From: Haliotis cracherodii
Taxonomy: Eukaryota
Reading direction: 5' to 3'
DNA length: 64,000 nt
NCBI RefSeq assembly: GCF_022045235.1
Contig: NW_027266265.1
Location: 26,970,001-27,034,000 of the forward strand
Shown: piece by piece, positions 14,101 through 24,268 of the stretch
How positions within the stretch are numbered: the stretch's first letter is position 1
Layout: each line of letters begins with the position of its first letter
Made by a program: the position numbers and the translations under genes
The notes under the pieces: generated by a model
What the model was told of the DNA's origin: nothing
Database searches by the model: none
Seen by the model: only the letters and a program-made list of their open reading frames with translations

Positions 14101-17100
14101 TACCAGCTGATCAGTTATGCCTTCTCTATTTGTACCTCCATAGCTAAGACAGCACATGTATTGAAAGGCAGCATCTAGAATGTATTGTGCCTCTCTGTAC
14201 GAAATGTGTAGGTTTACCATTTCCACCAACCTTCATTACAGCTCTGTGTGCATAAATTTTTCCTATTTTGGTATGTATTTTGATCAATGAAGATGTGCAC
14301 TTTCCATTATTGTTAACACATATTAACACAAAATATACTGAACCGCAAAAGAAATGTCACCCAAGTAACATTGCATGAAAAGTTGTCATTTAAATATCTG
14401 GGTAATTTTTGTCAGAGTTTCTAAAATTTAACATTACCTTGTCCGGAAAAATGGGGAACATTATTCGGATGCTTGTGTTGTTGAGAGAGACTCGTGGAGT
14501 GGTCCGAGCATCATGGTGTTGGGTGGAATTGGTCTTGGTCCAGAACATCGGTCCAGGGAGAGGCAATGGTGTCACAGCAGCTCGGTACATTGATCAAGTC
14601 TTGAGACCACACGCCATACCCCATTTGGCACATTGCCGCAACCACGGGTTTCAGCATGATAACGCCCGTCCCCACACTGGGAGAGCAACAAGAGACTTCT
14701 CAAGTGAATGGCATCAGAACCATGCAGTGGCCTGCCCTCAGTCCCGATGTAAATCCCATTGAGCACCTGTGGGACGAGATTCAAAGATGGCAAAATGATG
14801 TCCGACCAAGACCGACAACTGCAGCCGAACTGCGTCAGGCGTTGCTCAGAGTGTGGGCCTATGGCCTTCATCAATCGCCTCATCCATTTCATGTATCGAC
14901 GTTGCACAGCAGTCATTAATGCACATGGTGGACACACAAGATACTTGTGATGCCATTTTCTCAGAGACTAGTGTTGTGTTCCACCAAGAACATTTGATAC
15001 TTTAATTAAAACCTTGATGATCAGTTTTGCCAAGTTTCATCTTTTTAACAAGAAACGAGAAGACTCAAGACATTTTGTTGGTACAATAAGGATTTTTAAT
15101 GTATTTCAATTGCCTTACTCATGAATGTTTGCCTGATTCCTAAAGAAGTGAATGTTTGCTTATGTGTTCCCAGTTGGAAGGGCAGGTGGTGGCAGTTCTT
15201 GTTCAGAATCTTGATCGGCTCGATGAGAATGTGAAGGAAGAGAGTGATGGCGTACATAATACCCTAGGTGAGGAGGACACACACGACAATATCTGATCAT
15301 CATGATGTAGGCTCAGGGCTGCTGAGGGGCCACAGCTCATGTTGTTCAGCACCACACCCATGCTGGTTGTTCAGCACCACACCTATGTTGTTCAGCACCA
15401 CACCCATGTTGTTCAGCACCACACCCATGTTGTTCAGCACCACACCCATGTTGTTCAGCACCACACCCATGCTGGTTGTTCAGCACCACACCCATGCTGG
15501 TTGTTCAGCACTACACTCATGCTGGTTGTTCAGCACCACACCCATGTTGTTCAGCACCACACCCATGCTGGTTGTTCAGCACCACACCCATGCTGGTTGT
15601 TCAGCACCACACTCATGCTGGTTGTTCAGCATCACACCCATGTTGTTCAGCACCACATCCATGCTGGTTGTTCAGCACCACACGCATGTTGTTCAGCACC
15701 ACACCCCTGCTAGTTGTTCAGCACCACGCCCATGCTGGTTGTTCAGAACCACACTCATGCTGGTTGTTCAGCACCACACCCAAGCTGGTTGTTCAGCACC
15801 ACACTCATGCTGGTTGTTCAGCACCACAATCATGCTGGTTGTTCAGCACCACACCTATGTTGTTCAGCACCACACCCATGTTGTTCAGCACCACACCCAC
15901 GTTGTTCAGCACCACACCCATGTTGTTCAGCACCACACCCATGTTGTTCAGCACCACACTCATGCTGGTTGTTCAGCACCACACCCACGTTGTTCAGCAC
16001 CACACCCATGTTGTTCAGCACCACACCCATGTTGTTCAGCACCACACTCATGCTGGTTGTTCAGCACCACACCCACAGTAACTGACATTTTGTTCACTCT
16101 CAGCATTATGATCATGTTGGGACTGGGTATGATTTATTTGCCCTAGTACTTTACTTAAAGCTACTATTTGTAATTTGCCTGATGTCATTAGAGATATCTT
16201 GTTTAATGTCTATTCCAGCTATAGTAGAGAATATCACAGAATTTCGAACTGAAGTGACGACAGAAGCAGCCCAGCAAGGCCTCCTACAGTGGCTGCTGAA
16301 GAGAGTCAGGGTAGGGTGCTCCTTCCCCAACATGTAAAGACTTTGTATATTATACACCAGCCACAGTCAGTCTGTCATGTATACACCAGCCACAGTCAGT
16401 CTGTCATGTATACACCAGCCACAGTCAGTCTGTCATGTATGTTATACACCAGCCACAGTCTATATGTCATGTATATTATACACCAGCCACAGTCAGTCTG
16501 TCATGTATACACCAGCCACAGTCAGTCTGTCATGTATATTATACACCAGCCACAGTCAGTCTGTCATGTATACACCAGCCACAGTCAGTCTGTCATGTAT
16601 ATTATACACCAGCCACAGTCAGTCTGTCATGTATACACCAGCCACAGTCAGTCTGTCATGTATATTATGTACCAGCCACAGTCAGTCTGTCATGTATATT
16701 ATGTACCAGCCACAGTCAGTCTGTCATGTATACACCAGACACAGTCAGTCTGTCATGTATACACCAGCCACAGTCAGTCTGTCATGTATACACCAGCCAC
16801 AGTCAGTCTGTCATGTATATTATGTACCAGCCACAGTCAGTCTGTCATGTATACACCAGCCACAGTCAGTCTGTCATGTATACACCAGCCACAGTCAGTC
16901 TGTCATGTATATTATACACCAGCCACAGTCAGTCTGTCATGTATACACCAGCCACAGTCAGTCTGTCATGTATATTATACACCAGCCACAGTCAGTCTGT
17001 CATGTATACACCAGCCACAGTCAGTCTGTCATGTATATTATGTACCAGCCACAGTCAGTCTGTCATGTATATTATACACCAGCCACAGTCAGTCTGTCAT

Positions 17101-20100
17101 GTATATTATGTACCAGCCACATTCAGTCTGTCATGTATATTATACACCAGCCACAGTCAGTCTGTCATGTATATTATACACCAGCCACAGTCAGTCTGTC
17201 ATGTATATTATGTACCAGCCACAGTCAGTCTGTCATGTATATTATGTACCAGCCACAGTCAGTCTGTCATGTATATTATACACCAGCCACAGTCAGTCTG
17301 TCATGTATATTATGTACCAGCCACAGTCAGTCTGTCATGTATATTATACACCAGCCACAGTCAGTCTGTCATGTATATTATACACCAGCCACAGTCAGTC
17401 TGTCATGTATATTATACACCAGCCACAGTCAGTCTGTCATGTATATTATGTACCAGCCACATTCAGTCTGTCATGTATATTATACACCAGCCACAGTCAG
17501 TCTGTCATGTATATTATACACCAGCCACAGTCAGTCTGTCATGTATATTATACACCAGCCACAGTCAGTCTGTCATGTATATTATGTACCAGCCACAGTC
17601 AGTCTGTCATGTATATTATGTACCAGCCACATTCAGTCTGTCATGTATATTATACACCAACCACAGTCAGTCTGTCATGTATATTATACACCAGCCACAG
17701 TCAGTCTGTCATGTATATTATACACCAGCCACAGTCAGTCTGTCATGTATATTATACACCAGCCACATTCAGTCTGTCATGTATATTATACACCAACCAC
17801 AGTCAGTCTGTCATGTATATTATGTACCAGCCACAGTCAGCCTTAATCATTCTGTTAAAAATCTAATCCAATGTGGTACAAGTGTAGTTACTAGTGGGGT
17901 TCAATATACATGTTCTTGGGTTTTGTTTTTTTGATATTTTGAAATTTGACCTCAATTTGACCTTAATTTGACCTTTGCACATTGGATCACTACCTAAAAT
18001 TCTTCCAAAAGCTGCTGAAACTGCACATGCTTGTTCCCACCAATGTTGAAACACCAATTTGTTCTTGAGATTTGAATCTGATTTTCAATATGACCACCAT
18101 AATGCTATTTATGGCCATTGGGCAATCACTTCTTCAAAATGTAATGAGATTGCATGTGTTGGTAGTATTGTGGCTCAATATATATGTTCAATGAAACATT
18201 CATTCTTGCAGATTCGGAAACATTTCTACACAGGTAGTTATTTGTTTCATATTGGTTAATACGTTTGACAGCAACTGTTTTTGAGTGTCTGTTTAAAATG
18301 TTGACTACATATCCAGGTGAGCTACACCTGCCTGTGGCACTATAAGTTTTTAATTTTGTTACTTTCTTCTTTCAGGCTAAAATGCCATTTGATGGAAACA
18401 AATTGTACTCAAGTGAAATACTGGCAATACTCCTTCAAAATTCTGATGGTAAGAAAGAAGATTATGTTAGTAATGACATTATTAGCTTTTCTGAACTGAG
18501 GGTTTAAATGAGCTAATATCCAGGCACACTGTCCGTTGCCTGTTATTGAAACTATTGGACTTAAAACAACTCTTGAAATAACAATAAGTCCAGTGATATT
18601 GAAGATGATGCTAAAAATAAGCAATCAGTTTAAATTTCTGCAAAATTTTGGGCAATCTCATTTGTAAAATAAGAAAATTACTGCTCTTGCTGCATTAGAA
18701 TTTTATCGTGTATGTACCAAAAGTGTCAAATGAAATGTTTATGAAAGCAGTTGTTGCTGTACATTTGGGTTGTGTGTTTGCAGAGAACCGACAGTTACTG
18801 GGGGAGACTGATGGCATCGATGTCCTGCTTCAGCAGCTGGCTGTGAGTTGGGGGAAATATACATACTGGTAGTAGTAGTACTGGTAGTAGTAGTAGTTGT
18901 AGTTGTAGTTGTAGTAGTAGTAGTAGTAGTAGTTGTAGTAGTAGTAGTAGTAGTTGTAGTTGTAGTTGTAGTTGTAGTACTGGTAGTAGTAGTAGTTGTA
19001 GTTGTAGTTGTAGTAGTAGTAGTAGTAGTAGTTGTAGTAGTAGTAGTAGTAGTTGTAGTTGTAGTTGTAGTTGTAGTTGTAGTTGTAGTTGTAGTTGTAG
19101 AAGATGTGTAGGCCTACATTGGGAGAAGTGTGACCAACTCTGACCTGGTGTATGTACTTGTAGGCCTACATTGGGAGAAGTGTGACCAATTCTGACCTGG
19201 TGTATGTACGTGTAGGCCTACAACGGGAGAAGTGTGACCAACTCTGACCTGGTGTTTGTACTTGTAGGCCTACAAGAAGCACGATCCCAACACTAAAGAC
19301 GAGATTGAGTATATGGAGAACATGTTCAACTGCCTGTGCTCATCCCTCATGCTGCCAGCCAACAGAGTCAAGTTCCTCAAGGGCGAAGGTCTCCAGCTGA
19401 TGAATCTCATGTTAAGGTTTGTGCTAGATCACTTCTTCTTATCAGTGTCTTACAATAGAGGCCAGTTACATCTGTTGGTATGTATGACTACTTTTCTTGA
19501 TAAATCTAACAACATGTTCTCAGCCAACAGTTGCAAATAGTGGGCATGCCAGCATGATTCTACTGTTTATAATGTATTGTTTCATATTTGACAGATAAGA
19601 CTTTGCTGTAGGTGATTTTACTTTGTATTCTGTATATATTAATTGACAAAAGAACTTCAACAAATTGATTGCATTACATATTTGTCTTTCTCCAGCGACA
19701 CTGGAAAATAGCATACAAGACTGGCCAGTGGTTGATAGTAAGGCAGAGCTCCACTCCTTCTGGTTACAATGACAATCACCTAGGCCTAACTGTTTGGCCT
19801 GTTCCAACTCAATATGGTGTGCGTTGTGTTTCTGTGGCACACTTAGACTAATTTCAAATAGATTTTCAAGACTGAAAAGCACCATATAACTGTTGCAGAG
19901 AAAAGAAGTTATCCAGAAACAGTGCTATCAAGGTGTTGAATCATGCCATGACAGGGAACGAGGGCTTGGACAACTGCCAGAAGTTTGTGGACATTTTGGG
20001 GCTGCGGACAGTCTTTCCCCTCTTCATGAAGACGCCGAAACTGGCTAAGGCTGGTCCTACACCCGATGAGCTTGAGGGTGAGACCCAAGATTACTGACTG

Positions 20101-22994
20101 CAAAATACCCGTTGAGAACATTCATCTCAATATCATTACTGTTCTGATTTCTTTAAACAAATCTTTCATGGTGACAAGTTGTGGGTACTCTAGTATCTAA
20201 CCAAGGGTTGGTGACAGGTGTCCAGGCCTGACCACTTTTGTACACCTGTGACACCTCTTGTTGCCCAGTTACAGATTGGTGAATAGCACCTGGACATTAA
20301 CACATTCCCACATTGACCGAGTTTTGTTAACAAAAAGGAAGCAACACTTCTGAATATGCTTAAGTTGGTTCCGACATTTGGAGCTGAAGAAACACAGCCT
20401 GGATATCCTCCTGGGATCTGTACAGACATATCAATCTGGTGGTGCCTTCTTCTAAATAAGTATTTCTTAATTGTCTATTTTCAACATTAATAGAAGGACT
20501 TGGGCATTATTGACAGTTGGGTATCCAGGTTCCATAGCAGGACTAAGAAATTATGTCATCTAATAATGATTATCATATTTCATATATCAGTCATGTAAAA
20601 CTTGTCCATCTCTTCCAGAACACATCAGCTCTGTGATTGGTTCATTATTACGGAACTGTTCTGGGCCACAGAGGCAGAGACTACTCAACAAATTCACCGA
20701 AAACGATCATGAAAAGGTAATTTATGTTTCTCAGTTCCTGTGAGAGTTTGACATTCTGTAACATGAATTGACCACACAACAGACAGATTCTACTTAATAC
20801 TATGAGTTGTATCATAGGTGTTTAGGCCACAAAACACCGAGTCATACTGCAACAACGAATTTATCTTGCTAACATGTTTCAATCTGCCATTGTGAAAGAA
20901 CTAAAACAATTTGAAAATTGAACAGCAGTTCGATTGAGTTTGTGCTGTGTCACATGACTTTCATTGATTCATAAACACTGTGCAGCCTGTTTTCTTTGTG
21001 GCTGGGTATAAGGGATTTATTTATCTATTTCCCACCCAAGCAGAATACAATACAAGTTGTAGCAGGATCATCCGTGGTGCATGGGGTTTTATGTGTTTCG
21101 TGTTAGGGAGCCGGAGGCGAGTGGTATAAATCCAACAAGGGATGCATAAAATCCCATGTACCCCGAGTGATCCTGCTTCAACAAATTTATCTTACCACCA
21201 TGTATTATTGACACTGTAAAGGAATTATAACCAATTCAAACTGGCAGAAAACAACTGTTCGATTGAGCTGAGATTAGCTTGTGCTATGTTACGTGACTTT
21301 CAGCAGCCTGCTCTTTGCTTCGAGGCAGGGAATAAGGGATTTATTCTACCTCTCAGAAATCCATGTGCAGCCTGTCTTGCTCGTGGCAGGGTATACAGGA
21401 TACATTCTCCTGCTGAGAAATCTATTTCCCTCCAAGGCGGGATACATAGTATTTGATCAAGATCATGTGAACCAATCAGATCTCAACACTCTGACATGGA
21501 GTAAGATAATGTTTGTTGTTCTGCAGGTTGAGCGACTGCTTGAACTCCACTTTAAGTACCTTGATAAAGTACGGACTTGTGATGAACAGATTGAAAAAGA
21601 AAAAAGGGTAGGTTCCTAATGCTGCTGTTTGTTTTCCTTTTTGTGTGCGTATGAATATGACTGCAAAAATCTAACTGTTGTACAGGCTTCTCGTTTGCCA
21701 TGGAATTCAGTTGATTTAGTGGTAGACCTTTTCAGTATAACATATCATTGTGTATAATATGTTGTGTTTGATATTTCACATGAAGCCAAATCTTTAAGTT
21801 CACTGGAAAAACAATATACATAAATGTGGATTATTTTTCATCATTATCGCTAACAAATTTTAGAAACATCTCTCCAAACCATCAGTGTCCTAGAAAATTA
21901 ACAGATCTGAATCTGTGAAATCTCTGCAAAGAAGAGATATGTGTATTGAAGCCTTGCCTTCCAGAGAATGCGGCACACAGGTGATGATATAGATGACACT
22001 GCTGAGGAAGTGTTTTATCTGAAGAGACTGGACGTGGGACTGTTCACCTTACAACTCATTGACTACATCATGCTGGAGATCTGTGCCACAGGGGCACCCT
22101 CAGTGAGTGGCTCGGTGATTACATAAACTATGTTTGTTCACAATCTCAGTAGATCTCAATATATGTGTTCAAAATTATCAGTCACCAAGCATTTTTACTT
22201 CTGTTTTTTGTGGCAGTATTTAGCAACCATGGAAGGCATTGTTTAGGCAAGGAACGATCATTCTTCTGTTATATCCAGAGAATCTTGACATAGAATTAAT
22301 ATTCAAACCTGGCAGAGGCAAGACGTATTGATCATAAAAGAATTCATTGTCTAAAATTACCAACACAATGATGATAAACATTCATAAATCGTTTCATGGT
22401 CTAATTTACTGTTGTTCATCCTTGGTCTGCTACATAATGCTAGTTTAGCAAATACCCAAAATGACAAAAACAATTTATACTTTTTTTCAGATTCGACAAA
22501 GAGTTATGCAAATTCTGAACATGAGAGGAGGTTCTATAAAGGTGATCAGGAACATCATGAGAGGTGAGTGCATGTCATGACTTCACCATCAGTGCTAAGG
22601 GTGATGACATCCTGTAGCTTGGTGTAAACAGCCAGCTGGATTACAACAGTACCATATACATACATATATATATAAATATATTACCGGCAAAATAAAGTAC
22701 ATTTTGCTCTCAAGATACAATTCATTGACTCTACATTCCTATTGTCTGGATTCTTGTAGATGCATTCATCTGAAGCAACTACCTTAAAACAGATGTCTAT
22801 GTAAAATTCCCTGTACTGCTCTTGATAAAAGGAAATGTGTTGTTTAGTCAGCATTACAGATAGTCCTTCCACATTTGAGCTAACCTGTGATGTCTTCTGT
22901 TGCAGAATATGCTGGTAATATTGGTGATGCTAAAGATGAGGAGCTGAGAGAAGCAGAACAGAACAGGATTATTCAGCTGGTTGACAAATTCTAA
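5106..22994 (+). CDS. CTNNBL1: Beta-catenin-like protein 1 (Prp19/NTC spliceosome component), 16 coding exons, 544 aa
   Basis: Exons 5106-5135, 8395-8529, 8763-8869, 10265-10404, 13738-13835, 15174-15267, 16219-16310, 18376-18448, 18784-18842, 19268-19416, 19899-20077, 20619-20716, 21527-21607, 21965-22102, 22491-22563, 22906-22994. All introns are GT-AG and phases are consistent (1635 nt). Hallmark peptides: MDVGELLSYQP, NQEMRIKFPDLPEKFMESE, FLKGEGLQLMNLMLREKK, KFTENDHEKVERLLELHFKY, GLFTLQLIDYI. Confidence 0.97.
5664..5741 (+). repeat. 39-bp direct tandem duplication
   Basis: AGTTCCAAGTGCTATTGTTTTAGTCATTCTGGCAAGCAT x2. Confidence 0.85.
6397..6745 (+). mobile_element. Degenerate Helentron-associated (HINE/DINE-1-like) element end, interrupted by a SINE
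   Basis: ATTATCCCCC..GGGATATAGGAACGGG followed by GTCT/GTCC microsatellite-like sequence. Same terminal structure as the 60870-61412 element, in the opposite orientation. Confidence 0.5.
6548..6718 (+). mobile_element. Full-length tRNA-derived SINE with (ACTC)n tail and 12-bp TSD
   Basis: A box TAGCCTAGTGG, B box GGTTCGAATCC, 3' module GATATTGCTGGAATATTGCTAAAAGCGGCGTAAAAC and (ACTC)n tail. TSD TCTTAAGTGAGT at 6536-6547 and 6719-6730. Confidence 0.92.
8917..9925 (+). repeat. Minisatellite, 60/62-bp unit, ~16 copies (CTNNBL1 intron 3)
   Basis: Unit TTGGTGTTGACTGACTTACTC(TC)TGTGTCAGGCTGGCTACCCTTGTGTAACACTGAACCCTT. Confidence 0.95.
10390..10690 (+). repeat. 24-bp tandem repeat of the exon 4/intron 4 junction (12 splice-donor copies)
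   Basis: Unit CACATG(A/T)AAACACAG|GTATGTC(T/A)G, with GT at 10405+24n through 10669. Confidence 0.97.
10692..12495 (+). repeat. Minisatellite, 24-bp unit, ~75 copies (CTNNBL1 intron 4)
   Basis: Unit CCCTTTACTG(C/T/G)TTGTCTACCCACA. A variant block (ACCGTTAATGCTCG) recurs at ~10930, ~11050 and ~11820. Confidence 0.97.
14336..14960 (+). mobile_element. Internally deleted, frameshifted Tc1-like transposon (DD34E remnant)
   Basis: TA|TACTGAACCGCAAAAGAAATG left end. Fragments in several frames: AARYIDQVLRPH...FQHDNARPH, WPALSPDVNPIEHLWDE, RRCTAVINAHGGHTRY. No right TIR found. Confidence 0.9.
15337..16075 (+). repeat. Minisatellite with 21/25-bp unit variants (CTNNBL1 intron 6)
   Basis: CATG(CTGG)TTGTTCAGCACCACACC repeated ~32 times. 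Confidence 0.95.
16346..17840 (+). repeat. Minisatellite with 29/34-bp unit variants (CTNNBL1 intron 7)
   Basis: (TATAT)TAT(A/G)(C/T)ACCAGCCACAGTCAGTCTGTCATG, ~45 copies. Short units cluster at the 5' side, long units at the 3' side. Confidence 0.97.
18865..19100 (+). repeat. Compound (GTA)n/(GTAGTT)n microsatellite (CTNNBL1 intron 9)
   Basis: GTA/GTT triplets with a ~99-bp higher-order duplication. Source of the poly-Val ORF. Confidence 0.95.
19106..19274 (+). repeat. 52-bp tandem repeat of the intron 9/exon 10 junction (4 splice-acceptor copies)
   Basis: TGTAG|GCCTACA with the junction before 19112, 19164, 19216 and 19268. Only the last continues into coding sequence. Confidence 0.95.
20850..21447. 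mobile_element. Unclassified non-autonomous repeat: central long hairpin flanked by degenerate direct repeats
   Basis: Inverted repeat AGCAGGATCATCCGTGGTGCATGGGGTTTTATG (~21061-21093) / CATAAAATCCCATGTACCCCGAGTGATCCTGCT (~21145-21177). The segment ~20855-21048 resembles ~21180-21447. Confidence 0.5.
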
Positions 22995-24268
22995 GCCAGA
23001 TGAAAGTTAAAGGTCATATCTTGTTACCCAAGATGGATAGTGAGATCTCATCCAGCAGATGCACATCAACAACATCCATGTGTTCATAGACTTTCAAGAC
23101 CAACCATGAACTATCAGTCATGGGATGTGATATATAGAAGTGTTTTCAGTGCACCTGTACTGACAGACTTTGTTCATGTGTAAACCCAGTTTGTAGTGGG
23201 TGAAAAGAACACACATATCTTGAAATCAAGGTAAAAGGCTTGTGGATTATGACCACCAAGGCAATCACAGAACAGACATCATGGTCTTACCATATACGTG
23301 ATACAGTAGTGGTCCTGATGCTTCTCGGTTTTGTTCCAAAAACTGATGAAAAGACTCCTCTGAAATGTCATCTTAAACAACCTATACATTTCAATTTAGT
23401 CAATCAGGTCACTTTTAAATAGTCTGCTCTGACTGAATGGACCAAACTCTTCTATTGCAGTGGAGACACAACTCCTACGATAGTGAACAGTTGTAATGAT
23501 TCATAAGCCGTTGAGGGGACTGAATGTGTCAGACAGTTGTATTCATTTCCACATTGTCATCTTCATTATCACTGAAATAAACCATGTCTTACTTGTATAT
23601 TTTCAGGCCACTTTATGTCCATCTGAGGAACAGTTTAACAGTTTTCTGTGCTCAAATATATAACAGACTTCAAATTCAGAGCCTGACTTCTGAGACAAGA
23701 TAACCGAGCTGAGCTCCATTTCACAAATCAGTAAGGGGCCCTACGACTGTAGCTGCTATAACATAGATTAACGACAGTCATAGCGCTACCATCGCTTTGT
23801 GGAATAGGCCCCCAGGTGAATCCAACCGTCTTATTTCCTTGGGCAGAAAGTAATGTTTGAATGCTCCATTGGCGTGTTAATAAGTCAGGACATATTCAGA
23901 AGATGATATCATTATTATTAACTCAAATGTGGCTCATCATAAAGAAATGTCAAGACCAGTATTGTATACGAAGATTGGTGTTTTTCTTCACTTGCATTCC
24001 ATAAAGACAGCACATTATTGAAAAATCCACACATGGCAACAGTCATAAAAACACATATAAACTTGACAATTATGTTTAATAAAACAGACTATTTCACAGA
24101 GCAATTGTCTGTAACACAGACCTAGATGAAAGGTTGTATTTTCTGATGTTTGGAACTGATGGGAAAACTGTGTTCCTTTCATCCATAGAAATAACTGTAC
24201 AACTGCTGAATGTCCAGACGATCACACTGCCAGTTTACATGGTTCGTACACACTAAATAGAACTAACA

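Noticed and set aside
14409-14950. Intact transposase gene
   Set aside because: The Tc1 catalytic motifs are split across three frames and the N-terminal DNA-binding region is deleted, so it is a relic.
15268-17934. Long His/Cys/Tyr-rich ORFs in all three frames
   Set aside because: They coincide with the 21/25-bp and 29/34-bp arrays inside CTNNBL1 introns 6 and 7. The unit lengths do not preserve frame.
18848-19111. Poly-valine ORF
   Set aside because: (GTA/GTT)n microsatellite within intron 9.
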